From: Azolla caroliniana
Lineage: Eukaryota > Plantae > Polypodiophyta
Assembly (NCBI GenBank): GCA_043228905.1
Contig: JBHGNT010000001.1
Coordinates: 4,774,001-4,838,000, forward strand
DNA length: 64,000 bases
Direction: 5' to 3'
Numbering within the stretch: position 1 is the first letter of the stretch; the number at the start of each line of letters is the position of its first letter. Shown piece by piece: positions 1 through 12,900 of this stretch. The notes under the pieces were generated by a model that was given only the letters and a program-made list of their open reading frames with translations, was not told where the DNA came from and did no database searches. The translations under genes and the position numbers were made by a program.

Positions 1-1206
1 ATGCAATGTCGAAACATACTAGTTTGAAGTGTCAAATAACCATTGTCTTAACATCAAGGAGGAAATTCCTAAGACATGAGTAACATCAATAACTCCATCT
101 TTCCTTTTGAAAGACTTTTCAATGTATTGGTCATGTCTTCCTAACATTTAGTTTCGTTTAATTGTTATCATCAACCTCATTAAATAATTTTTTGTCTTAA
201 TGAGGTTCAAGATAGAAACAACTTATCTCCAATTGACGCACTTAGACATCATTACAAGAAGCTGAATTAAACTGTAAATATGATATCCTCTGGAATTATT
301 TCATGCTATTCTTTATTTTGTCAATTGCAGCATTACCATCAGAGAGAAAGTAACAGAAACTATGGCATCTGTAGTGTGGTATGCCATGATCAGGGATGTC
401 CAAAAGTAAGCAACTTTGCACTTTGTAAACAACATGATAAAAAACATTTGTAGCAAGCTAAGCACGAGAAACCAAGATTTTGAAGCATCTATGAATTGTT
501 CTTATAATGACTGATAGTCTCCCAAGCTCAGGCTATAAATCTTAGATGTGTAACCATCCGCACTACTCATTCACATCTACTTTGAAATACAAACAGCACA
601 ATTCTTTCCGTAATTAATACTATGAACTCTAATCCAGAAAAAGTAAGACAGGATTTTTTTGCGAAAACAACAGATACATCATCCCTTCTGTCAATACATG
701 AAAATAAAACAACCTCAGAGCTTGCAACAAGACTGCATGGCAGACCAAGAAAAAAAAATTAACAAACTTTCAGATGTAAATAGCAGGTTCAAGAAAACTG
801 AAGTTACAAAGCTCACATGTTTTAAATGTTATCTTGATGGCTACAACTAAACTCTTAAAAATAAAGCATTTTGAATCATAATGCAGATGGAAATCCTGAT
901 GACAATTTGTATCTAATTAACAATATTGTAGCTTAAATACAGCTGCTTATCTTTATTTTGGATTCGAGCCTCCATAGCAGCTCAAAAAAGTTAGACAAAA
1001 TCTCGGCCACAGTAATGAAAAATGTGTCAGTCACAGCGACTGAACTAAAAAAATCTTCAAAAGTCTACAGAATTAATAAGGAAAAGATGTACCATCATGA
1101 TATAATGTAGCTCTCTTGGAAAAGTGACGTGTATCTATGGCGAGTTATACCATGTTACTCTGTATTTTCTCATGAGATCCCTATATACTTTCCCTAAGAA
1201 AGAAAT

Positions 1207-4200
1207 TTATTCTTTATCTTCCTCTACTGGAACCTTCTTGTTGACACGATAGTACCACAAACCAGCTGCCGCAATGGCTGCCACACCTGCAGCTACAGCT
1301 ACGTTTTTCGTAGAATCCGAGGAAATGTCCTTGACTGGATCCTGGATAGCAAATTCTGGAGCAGGGCTTTCACCAACTCCCTTTCAAAATGCATGCATAG
1401 GAAAGAAAGAAAACTAGTAGCATTAACCAATACGTTGCAACTCTGGATGAGTGAAACAATGCTTAAACATAGTTAGTTGTCTTCTTCTAGCATGTGAATG
1501 TATGGTTCATTCTTAAACATATACTTCAAAAAGAAAACTTATAAGAAACTTAAGTGTTCAGAGAATATCAGTTCTTTTAAAAATAAAACCTAGAAAAGCA
1601 TTGCCTTGTACCTGCTGAGCAATTGCCTCAAGCTTCTCTTTCTCCAATTTCTGAGGAAGTGCCGGAATTTCAGTTTCAGATTAGTACCAGAATGGAGTAG
1701 ATGCATATTTATGCATATAAATAAAAATTCTTTGTGTAAATCATAATTAATCATCCTTTTCTAAATAACACAATATTAATGTGTTTCTGAGCACTGCAGC
1801 TGTAAACCATGGTATAATGGTTGCTGGGAGAAAGAAAAAAAGAAATATTTTTTAACTCTTATCAAAGTCTAAAATCAGCTCTGTGACAAATCAGATGTAC
1901 AAAGATCTATCCTCTGGAAGTTCCACTTGCAGTTTCATGGTTGTAATGCCTATTAAAGTATAAAACAGCTACGTGAATCCGATGTGGATGAAAGATAGTA
2001 ACCTAACTAGGGCCTCATTTACAATTGGTCATGCTGTAGCCTGCCATCTTGGCTCTCATGATCTCATTCGACACCAAAACTTGACTTGAATCATCCTGGA
2101 GATCATGGATACAAATTGCATCCCTGTTGGTATTTAATCATCATAGGTACACCTGGATTTATTGTGATGACCTAGTCTACAAACCCATATCCGAGGTCTT
2201 ATAACATAGGATCTGTGGTGTCAAAGAGGCACAAATTTGTGCGTGGTTCATTAAACTGCGCATGGGAGAACATACTTTCTAGCCCTCACAAAGCTACATA
2301 TTTTCAGGTCGATCTGGTCTTGGCATCTCCCCTTATATAAAATTGGGCCTGATAAAAACTACTTCAAGATAGGTGTCGGAGTCACCATACTCCACTATCT
2401 CCAGGCCATCAGTAAAAACTGGTGCTGATCTCTTGGACCCATTGTAGTACAGTGTTGAGCACCATAATTAGTTTTCCCAATGTCAAACAATAACCCACTT
2501 TATATCATACATGCAAAATAATTAATGGGCATTCTGTTTCACTCCAATGATTGAGTGAACTTGTGATAAACATTCCGAAGTTTGGAACCTCATTACAATT
2601 ACGTAGTCAAGAGCTGTCAATTTCATATCAGCTTATCTGAAACTCTGCATCAACAGAGCTCTCAGACTCATATCTAAAACTTTGAAAAACAATTCGAAAA
2701 CACAACAATAATCCACTTCTTAAGTGTTCCATCCTCTTTGATGATACCCCATAGTGTGTAGACAACTTCTGAATAGAGAGCCTTCTCCTGAAATCAAATT
2801 TTCCCTCAGGGCTTTTTTATCTAACCACTGCATTGTTTGGTCAAAGAATGACCATCCATCATATAGCAGTAGTTGGTTGGTTGATGCAAATCTCTTAACT
2901 TGATATGGGCACATTGGTAGATGTACTTCAAGTCTCTGGAAATCCCTCATGCATAGATCTGTTAAATACAGAGGCCAAGAGCATTATGATCTCTGAAATG
3001 TCTAAAATGCTCCGGTACAATACATTCATGATCTTGTCCAGAGTCTGTTAATAACCTTTCTTATCATCTGTTCTGTGAATAGAGGAGAAGTATGGGGGCA
3101 AGGCTCTAGTGGCTCTGGTAAAGTAGAATGCTCCAGTAGAATGCTCCAGTAGACTGCATAATAATGCCAAATATCAATAAACGAGATAGTCAGCGGCATG
3201 GAATGTTCCCTCGGAGGCAGTTACCCATAAACAATAGATACATCTGTTTCTCCACATGTGCTAGGAAACCTTTCTTTTGCTTTCAGTTAGAAAGCTGATG
3301 CAAGATTGTTAGCGATCCCAATTTCCACATCACTACGTAATCAGTCACTTAACTAAGTTACACTCATCATCACGCCAGTTATCCAGGGTCATGCATCCAA
3401 AACGTAGGTGGACTGAGGATTGTGTATGTGAAACACCATGTGGTATTGCATGCAAAGTTTCTGTCTCAACCTGAGTGAGCTCCACCAATGATATATGTGG
3501 ATTGATAATGTTCACTGCCTCATTAATCTCAGTGGTGTATACTCCATTCGTATCTCAGAAGAGCCTATACCTAGGATATGATTATGTGGGCCATGACGCC
3601 TATTTCAGATGGCATAATCAGTTTTCATTGTTAGCACAACATCTGCATGATCTACAACCATGCTTAGAGTCTTGGGAGGCACCACAAAGTCCTGAATATG
3701 TGAAATGGAAAACGGTGGGGCTAGTGCATAATCAACTGTGTTGCTCCCTCACAAGAAAAGCATGATCTGTATCCATGCCCAGAGTCTTGGGAGGCGCAAC
3801 AAAGTCCTGAATACGTGAAATGAAAAATGGTGAGGTTAGGACATAATCAATTGTGTTGCCCTCTGTCTATTTGGAAATGCATGGCCATCTTCTAGGGGAT
3901 ATCTCATTGAGTTATTTGGGATGTGTTATGTGCATAAGCATAACTGATAATAAGATAGGTTTCCGTAGTTTACCCTAATCTTATGATAAGTATGTGTGGG
4001 TTAATTCTGAAAGGAACGAGGATATGAATTGTAATATTCAATTCTACAGCGTGAGATAACTATTAAGAGTGTTATCACTTGACCATTTCATATAAAGTAG
4101 TCAAGTGTGAACACACTAAGGCCTAGGGTTTCTGTCTATACAAGATGGCTAGCTACCTTCTTATGAGGGAGGTTTGACCTATGTTGAGACCAAGTCAGTG

Positions 4201-6914
4201 TGGCTATGATTATTGTTAGCTAAGCACATGCTATTCTCGCGAAACCCAAGGTACAACTCGCATCAACCCTCGATGGTATGGAACATCGAGGAGGTTAATG
4301 CCTGTCCCACGTTGTGAGGGGGGTGGTCATGTGGTCTAGCACCCCTCTTTCCTTTCTTTGGTCTATAAGTCCTTATGTTTTGCTTACTTATTGGGTTAGA
4401 TTATAATAGGATAGCCAATCCATTTGTCAATCACATCACAAGAGACATCTTTATGGTCTTTGCACTCCTTATCTTGTGAACTTCTCATTAGTCTCAATGC
4501 TTCTCATCCATCTTTCTTAACATCTCCTCTATGTTATCCAAGATTGAAGTCAATAGTGTACACTTCGTGCATTAAAGTTACCAAAAAGAATGATATCTCC
4601 ATATTGGTAAACCTCCCAAATTTCCTGCAGGATACTGTAGGTTGATTGTCCCTTGGGTGATGTATAGCAGGATGTGGTACGTGAAAAGTAGCATGTAACT
4701 ATACAAATAGATCTACCTTCTTCTGCTCTCACTTGAACCCACTTATACTGAGCATGTTCATCTCTCCACACAATGTGAATGGATAACTAGATATCTTCTC
4801 TAAAAAGATTACAAATCCCTTGAGCATTTACCCTGATATTGTCTCCTACCTTCTAGCACCTCCAAATTGTATCATGTTACTCTAGACAAAGGATTGATGG
4901 TACCCTGTGTACCTGAGTCAACTATTCTCTCCCTCTGATGCTATCTTCAATTACTCCGACATCATCGCTCCACTACAACTCCACAATGTTGTTCTTGATG
5001 TGGTCTCTGTAGGTGTCACACCATCATGCGTTGTATCATATAAGTATCACCTCCAAATTGTATCATGTTAATCTAGACAAAGGATTGATGGTACCCTGTG
5101 TACCTGAGTCGACTATCCTCTCCTTCTGATGCTATCTTCAAATACTCCGACATCCAACCTCATAGCTCCACTACAACTCCAAAAGGTTATTCTTCATGTT
5201 GTCTCTGTAGGTGTCACACCATCATGCGTAATGTCATAGAAGTATCACGTCCTTGCTTCCTCGATAGAAGGCTACCTTCCCTCTCTTGTCATGTGACATG
5301 ATCCATATTCACGACTAGTTTTGGTGAACCTTGTCTTTGTTATCGAATTAGCACGGATCTTGTTTATAGTTATACACAAAAGAGATAGGGCAAAGTGACA
5401 CAAGTGCATATTAGTCAACTTATTAGCAAATTAACATGCTCTTATTTGTAGTCAAACAAAAAAGCACATTTTCATGCCCTTGAAGAGACAATGACCTACA
5501 TTTGGAGTGGATGATAACACCCGAGAGTAATTCATCATGCTCATCATGTAAGACCATATGATACACTTGTCTTTCAAATTCGCAATTCAGTCAGATATAT
5601 ACATGTGAGCCAATCCTGAGAAATGTGGTTAAGTATCAACCCATGTGTGGAATCCCACCTCTAGTGAGGAGCTCATGGCTGTACGCTGGGCATTATATGA
5701 CTGTGAATACACGTATTTGATCGCATAACATATCTTACATCTCTTACTCACTCTCTTAAAAGAGTAATGCATGCCCTTGAATTTGGGGGCATATCTACCA
5801 CAACTATTAACTCAGAGAAACGATCCAAAAAAATCAAGTCCCTCTCTTATAAGACAGACAATAGTTACCTTTGTATATTTGGGTCCAAGGATTATATTCA
5901 GCCTTTTGAGAATGTTCCTATGTCTTTCTATCTATCTCTTGCTCATCATCATTATGCCTTCCGCTTGTTCTCGTGGGTCATTGGAAGGAGCTCTAGAATT
6001 GCCTTCAAATTTATCCTCTTAAACTCTAATCTATACAATATCTTTCCAGTTTCACTAAAATCTGTGGTAAATGGGTCGTAGTGCTACATTCTCTGTAGAA
6101 CATTCACTATAACACTTCAGGAGCTTCTTTCTTGCAGTCTTGGTTGAAGCACGTATCCATCTAGCTCTCATTGTCAAGGGAAAGAGAGATCCTTTCAATG
6201 AGCTCCACCAAAGATAATGGTTTCCTTTCAAGTCCAACAAAGATAATGCAAGATCACAGGAATGTAGATCAGCTCCACCCTGCAAACTTATTCTTTTAAC
6301 AAAGTGGTTCTTGCTTTTATTGGTTCAGTTGCTATCGGCTATCAAGCTGTTCATACTAGGCTGGACAAGTTGTCTTAATCATATAGTGGACAATGATGTA
6401 TGATGTAACAACGTGGAAAGAGTCAGCATCTACAAGTCAATGCTAAATTGGGGTTTCCTGACTTGTATAGATATAAAAGGGTCCACTGCCTAGAATCCCC
6501 AATCCCGGGAAAAAAAAAAAAGGCAAACCCAAGTATAAAAAGAGCAAAGAAAACATAGAGAAAATGGATTGAATCAAGAAAATAATGAATCAAGAGGAAG
6601 GTAGACTGAAATCTAATGCTAGAAATTAGTAATGTTTTTCTGATTCATATAAAAGAACTCACATTTCCCACATAATCCTGAATCTAAAATAGAATTGAAA
6701 ACAAGTAGAAAAATAGAAAACACATCGCATGAGAATAAGATCAAGTAAAAAACGAAGACAGAAGAGATTATACCTTGATATATATATTCTCTGCAGCTCT
6801 CTCTTCCTCTTTGAGAATATTGCTGGAGCCACTAGATGGCCTTAACAGAACCTGGAAACTATAAAATTTCGACCTTCTGAGAGAACCCAAAAGAGAAGAA
6901 GCTCGAATAGCCAT
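1207..6914 (-). CDS. Small mitochondrial membrane protein, At2g27730-like (plant complex I P2 subunit / IF1-like family), 117 aa, 3 exons
   Basis: Exons 6914-6774, 1650-1612 and 1380-1207, all GT-AG, phase 0. Protein: MAIRASSLLGSLRRSKFYSFQVLLRPSSGSSNILKEEERAAENIYIK|KLEKEKLEAIAQQ|GVGESPAPEFAIQDPVKDISSDSTKNVAVAAGVAAIAAAGLWYYRVNKKVPVEEDKE*. The R/S-rich presequence, EEERAAEN.YIKK.E.EKL motif and C-terminal TM helix match At2g27730 as I recall it. Missed by the ORF track. Confidence 0.88.
3666..3860. repeat. Direct duplication of ~80 bp (3666-3745 / 3782-3860) in intron 1
   Basis: AGAGTCTTGGGAGGC..CAAAGTCCTGAATA.GTGAAATG..AAA.GGTG...CATAATCAA.TGTGTTGC occurs twice. Confidence 0.85.
4450..4860 (-). 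mobile_element. LINE apurinic endonuclease remnant in intron 1
   Basis: ORF 4550-4771(-) contains WVQV...ICIVTCYFS...GDIILFGNFNAR, resembling the APE GDFNAR motif. Degenerate. Confidence 0.55.
4857..5249. repeat. ~190-bp tandem duplication in intron 1
   Basis: CACCTCCAAATTGTATCATGTTA.TCTAGACAAAGGATTGATGGTACCCTGTGTACCTGAGTC...GTAGGTGTCACACCATCATGCGT starts at ~4857 and again at ~5048. Confidence 0.9.
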
Positions 6915-7242
6915 GGCGATGACTCCCTGTCGCTCTATGCGTGTGTTAAAGTCGGAGTTAGAAGAAGAATTCTGAGGGAAATATGTCTTGAGACTTGTAT
7001 CTTCGGCGTTATCAGAAATACCCCTTGTGGTTTTTCAAATTTTCAAAAATACCCCTCGTCCCTTCGGGCATTGTAGGACATTCCCTCATAAGAGCATCTA
7101 TAAACTATATATATATATATACACGAGAAGAGAGGAAAATCTAAGGCTCTCTCTCTCTCTCTCTTTATCGTAATTAAATAGCTTACCCTAGAGGTAAGTC
7201 ATTTTGGGTTCGAAACCCGATTTTCTCACCTCTCTATTACTC

Positions 7243-7299
7243 GGTTGAACCCATGACCACCTACCTAGTCTCCATTGGGCAACCTTACAAACTGAGCTA
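7243..7299 (-). mobile_element. Putative tRNA-derived SINE head (Pol III A and B boxes)
   Basis: Minus strand reads TAGCTCAGTTTGTAAGGTTGCCCAATGGAGACTAGGTAGGTGGTCATGGGTTCAACC, with an A-box-like TAGCTCAGTT(T)G and a B-box-like GGTTCAACC. A homologous copy lies at 20410. Confidence 0.5.
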
Positions 7300-7301
7300 C
7301 A

Positions 7302-7305
<4 letters not shown>

Positions 7306-7350
<45 letters not shown>
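7306..7350. repeat. (CT)n microsatellite
   Basis: About 22 CT units. Confidence 0.97.
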
Positions 7351-7353
<3 letters not shown>

Positions 7354-8281
7354 TTGAAAACACACAATCATATTAATAAATGTGTGTAAAAAACACTACT
7401 TACAATGGGTGTGACAATGGAATATGGGTCATCCACTAACTACACTACACTACATGGGTAGTGGAATGTGTTGAATTGCCAATAGGCAAGACGAACACTC
7501 CACTGAGGAAAGAATTTCTACTTGCTCCAATCAAGAAATTTGCCACATTAGTACTCCCTTCAACTTTCGTAGATATGCTTCACTCCATCTCTACCATCAA
7601 ATACAAAAGCGTTGTGCATGTTCCAATTATGACTCAATCCCCAATATCTTAGAAATTGAAAAACGATCTCCATCTCTGATTTTGGGTCAACCTGTGTAAA
7701 TTGTGCAAACACCCACTGTCTAGGTGTCAAATAACATAGTGATAAAACTTGCCAAATTTGAGAAATGTAACTCCAACTCTAACAAGCAATCAAACATTGT
7801 ATAAATCTCTCTCTCTCTAGCCTTGGGTTTTCGAGAAATCTCAACAATGCCCTTCAATGTTTCACACCTTACAAATATATTCCTTGTGTTTTTTGAAGTC
7901 GTCAAACTCCGTGCACGCACGCGTATGTGCGGACTCGCTTATCCCTTGGTTATCCTTATGTTTTTTTTCATTTTCACACAAAAATCCTCACGTTTTCCTC
8001 TACTTGTTGGCTCAATGGTTTACAGTGTACATTGTACACCATAGCATCCAAGCCATATATTTGTGAGAGAACCCATGTTAGATCCTAGCCATGGGCTTGG
8101 TTCCCTCCCATGGATTGCAATCAGTTTCTCCCTTGGACATTACAAAGATATATATCTCTATATAAAATATCACTTGATGAGCCAAATAATGTTTACATGC
8201 AAAGTATAACGTGGTGCACTTAGGTTACTCTTATATTATTTCCAATTAGTGATGGAGAAACCAATGAGAAGGAGAATAATT

Positions 8282-8903
8282 CATAGCATATATATGTACG
8301 TACGTACGGATATTGACGAGAAATTCTAAGTTTTTGGGGCAATCAAATATACAAAGTGATGGGAACATGCCAAATGGTCACATCTCTTTGGAATGGATAT
8401 CTAACTCTACATCAACAATGGAGCGATAAAACTTTGGTTCGGTTTCGGCTTCATCGGTTTGGCCTTGTCCAAACCAAAACAATTAGATGTCCATCCGCAG
8501 GCGGCAACAGAAAAACATAGCATATATATGTACGTACGTACGGATATTGACGAGAATTTCTAAGTTTTTGGGGCAATCAAATATACAAAGTGATGGAAAC
8601 ATGCCAAATGGTCACATCTCTTTGGAATGGATATCTAACTCTACATCAACAACGGAGCGATAAAACTTTGGTTCGGTTTCGGCTTCAGCGGTTTGACCTT
8701 GTCCAAACCAAAACAATTAGATGTCCTTCCGCAGCTGGCAGCAGGAAAACATATGCAGTGAATCTACCGTTCTGCTTACCAATACAGCGATAAAACATTG
8801 GTTCGGTTTCGGCTTAACCGGTTTGGCCTTGTCCAAACCAAACCAGTTAGATGTCCCTCCGCAGCAGAGAAACATACGCAGTGAATCTACTACCGTTCTG
8901 CTT
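8282..8903. repeat. Nested tandem duplications upstream of ATR3 (234-bp unit x2, then a ~130-bp sub-unit)
   Basis: CATAGCATATATATGTACGTACGTACGGATATTGACGAG at 8282 and 8516. AGCGATAAAAC.TTGGTTCGGTTTCGGCTT...GTCCAAACCAAA at ~8422, 8656 and 8786. Confidence 0.93.
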
Positions 8904-9934
8904 CCTGCCCCGCCGCTGTATCCCCCTCTCTACTCTGATCCAATTTGTTTCTGCACCGGGATCTCAACTCAAACCGAAGCCTCAGTCGTCCGAGTGCTAA
9001 AGAAAGCTCTATGAATAGTATGTGCTTCCTATCTCCGTCCGTATCAGTGTATTGCTTCATGAATAATTCTTCAACTGAGGTCAAGTAATCTCGTTAGTTC
9101 TCGTGCTTTCTCTGCAATGATTATCCTCTGTGAATTCTCCCTGCGTTTTCCTTTGTACTGTCTCTAAGGAGTATTTGGTTCATGCACTAGTCCTGGATGG
9201 TAAATGGTCGTAACATTAGCTAATGGGAGCTATGGAATCAATAGCAAGATATTGAACGGCAATCCAAGTAAAGAAGCCCGAGAAGCTAAATCCAAATACT
9301 TATGCTGGACTAATTTGGTCAAGGATCCCTTATTTGAAGTCAGTATGACATAGCGTCAGTTATGTCAAAACGTCAAATTTTGTTTGTGATTCATAATAAT
9401 TGAATGCAATTATTTCTGGATATGCTCAGTAAGACTTCTGGCAAAACCTTATGCTTGATCGTTTTATTAGAAACTGAGCAGGCAGAGCACATATTTTGTA
9501 ATTTTCCCAAAACTGCATATTTTTTGTCAATCTTGCCCCTGCTCATAATAATTGGGCCTAATATTCACTATATCCTGTTCTTAGCTCCCCTCATACTCGT
9601 CTTAGTACACCCTTCGAGTAGTGTTAGAGCAGGTAATGTGCTTCTAAGTTAGTACTCATAGCTAACATGCAAAACTTCTGCGATGGTAATGATGAGTTAG
9701 TTGTCCAAAGCCATCAAAGTAGTGCCCACATTAACTTAGTGTCCCTGGTCTCTTGTGCGATTGAATTGTGATTCGCTGGCAGCTTGTTGTTTTCTGTCAG
9801 GTTCCAAGTGTGTTGTATCCACCAGTATAGTGCTCACTTCTAGAGCTCCCATGGGAGCTTAATGAAGCAGTGGTGATGTCAATAACATTTTAATCACACA
9901 CTGTTGTACAGGAATCAATTTGCAGCAAGCAGAG

Positions 9935-12900
9935 ATGGAGTCAAAACCAAGCCTGGTTATATTTTATGGTTCTCAGACAGGCAATGCCGAAGATGTGGCT
10001 GAGCGCATTGGACGAGAAGCAGAGCGTCGGCACTTGGATGCCGCCATTATCTCCATGGATACTTATGATCCGGTACAATGTAAACTTAAAACTATTTTCC
10101 TTGTAACCTTAATATATGCAACAATTATACACATGATTATATACACATTTGTTAAGGAGGTTGAGTTTTCAGTGAATTAGATTATTTCTTGTACAGCGAT
10201 CCTGTTGCATGGCTGGTTGAGCCCATAGCATCAATGACTATAGCTACTCTGTATGTATTATCATCTTGGCATGCAATGCATTCCAAGTTTGACAATGTGT
10301 GGGAATGTATCCTAGCATATTTCGAATGCCATGATCATGAACATGGATGATTGAAGAATGTATAACTTTGCGGCAGAGATATTAGTTGATATTTGGGGTG
10401 ACATTGTTCACACTCTTAGAGATTCTTTTTCATAATAATTTTTTTTGTGGCATATTGTGCCTTTTCAGATGGTATCCCAGTGCAAACTGCAATATGTGAA
10501 TTTTTAAAATTTAAAATTTTCGCAATTTTAAAATTTCAGATGGTATTGACAATGTGAACTGCAATGCTTTTTGTTATACCCAGAGAAAATTGTGTGAGGA
10601 AGCAAATGTGGTGTTTGTGGTTTCAACAACTGGTCAAGGGGACCCGCCTGATACTGTGAAGGTTTGCCTTAAGTCACACATTTTGAGGCCATGTCTCTAT
10701 TGTACTTCGAATAATATTGGGCCTATGATATATATACTGTATCAGGATTTCTGGAAATTTTTGTTGAGACGAAGCTTGAATACAGATTGGCTGGATCGCT
10801 TGAATTATGTGGTTTTTGGACTCGGTGATTCCAGCTATGCACAATACAATGTGCGCATTTGCTTTTCCTTCTCTCATAACTTCAAATAAGATTCTAATTT
10901 CCCCTCATTGGGAAGGCTTATATCAAGTAATTAACTTTTTTATATTTTTTCCTATAAATTTGAGGTGTGAAAGAGACTTTACCATGCCTAAAAATAGTAT
11001 CAAAATGAAGTATTTCGAGAAATGTTGCTGTAGATTAACATTTGGCATTTCCTTTCCTAAGCTTTCTGCTGCATCGTTGTTGAACCCTGATGTTGTATAA
11101 CATGACTTTAAGGTGACATTTGTGTAGGTTAAGGCATCTTCTAGAAGATTCTAACCTTTCTCTACCCTTTTCCCCATACTTGTCTGATGAAAGATGTATG
11201 CAATATTAATGGTTTTGTTATGAACTGTGAGGTAGTTGTTTCGGAACTCCAATATTTCCAAAAACTGTAGCTGGTCTCCCTTTTTCTAAAATTTTTGTGT
11301 TGTCCCTATACCAACACGTGTCATGCTCAACATCAGGTAATGGCGAAGAAACTGGATAAGCGCCTGAATGATCTTGGAGGAAAGCCATTAATTGAAAGAG
11401 GACTTGGAGATGATCAACATCCTTCAGGGTAGGTTTTTCTTTAAAACAAAGTATAAGTCATAGCTGATAAGAAGGTGCAAATACCCTGAGACGTGTATGA
11501 AGTTTCGAGCTTGCTATTCCAATTGGATACTGTTATGTGACATGGATTCAACCAAATTACTGTTGCTTAGTTTATGGAATAGTTTCTTTTTCTTTAGGCA
11601 ATTTATAAATGCTGGATATTTGTACATCACTTGCCTGCTTAATATAGGTGAGGAATATTAGTAAGTCATGTAAAATGCAGTAGTATAGAGTTTTATCTGC
11701 ATGATGGCACATTGTACTGTCTATAATCTAGTGCCTCGTTAGAGATCCTGGCATGGCCCTCACCTCTTTTAATTTTTGCATAAATTAAAGCTTGTTCCTA
11801 TCTGCAGACACGTTAATGCAGCCCTCTGCCTAATTTTTGTTAATGGGGGGTTTCAGTAATATTTAGTCACTTTTGTGATCTTAGCATGGTGTCTATATAT
11901 TAGGTTGATCATTTCCTCTTGTGAAGAGGTTTGGTGCTGTATATATTATAACTTATATGTCTCAATTAACTTCGTAGGGTAATAGAGGTAATGGAGGAAA
12001 CAAAGGGTGGACAGTGTGGTAGTCAGTATGGTAAACTACTGTACAAATGAGGAAAATATGGTTGGCAATGATCAGTGAAAAGATAAATTGAAAGAAATCA
12101 ATGAAGCAAAGGGAAATGTTATATAACATGTTCAGAAGGCCAAGATTACGAGACCAATAAGTTACATCCCTGTGGATCTTAGAGAATGTCTAGATAACTA
12201 CCCTTTATAACTAGGCTGTGATCAAAGTAAAATGATATAGGAACCATGGGTAGAAGCAATATGAAAATATAATGTACAAGATAAATATATATCTGGGAGA
12301 GGTAGATTGTGAATAGATCAGCTGATGAACCCTTTCGTAAGATGATGCCAAATGATATCAATGCCCTTTTTAATGGGCCACCTAGAAGATTGTGCTTGAT
12401 CTTGGGCAATGATATTATATGTAGCATATACTTGGCACCTGGAGTGAGTCAAAGGAACGCACGGTCAAGCAATATACCCCTGGAAGGTACTAGTTGTGAT
12501 TGCTTTCAGGTCTTTTGACTTATCCTAGTGAAGAAATTTGACATCCTGCTTTTCACAGAACCTGCTTTGTGCAGCCCTGCTGATCATCTGCACAGGAGAG
12601 ATTCTGTAAATCTATGCATCTCTACAGAAACAACCCCAAACATCTTTGATCAGAGAAGCTTCATGATCTAGAAGAATGATCGAAATCCTCACCAAAGAGA
12701 GTGGAAACGTCCTCAAATTTCATAGTAAACTGTGCAGTGGTAAATTTAGTTTTCGTAACTGACATAGCCTCTACTTTGTTGAGGTACACACACCCCTATA
12801 CGTACCTATCTCTACCTTAATTTGATTTGATGAGGTACGGATCCATATATCTAGGGCATAATGTGAATCTATCCTTAATGATGCGCAGAAGATGGTATAT

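Noticed and set aside
1990-2960. Coding-like stretches on the minus strand in intron 1, including ORF 2720-2950
   Set aside because: Multiple stops and no motif I can assign. Probably a decayed TE, which would need BLASTX.
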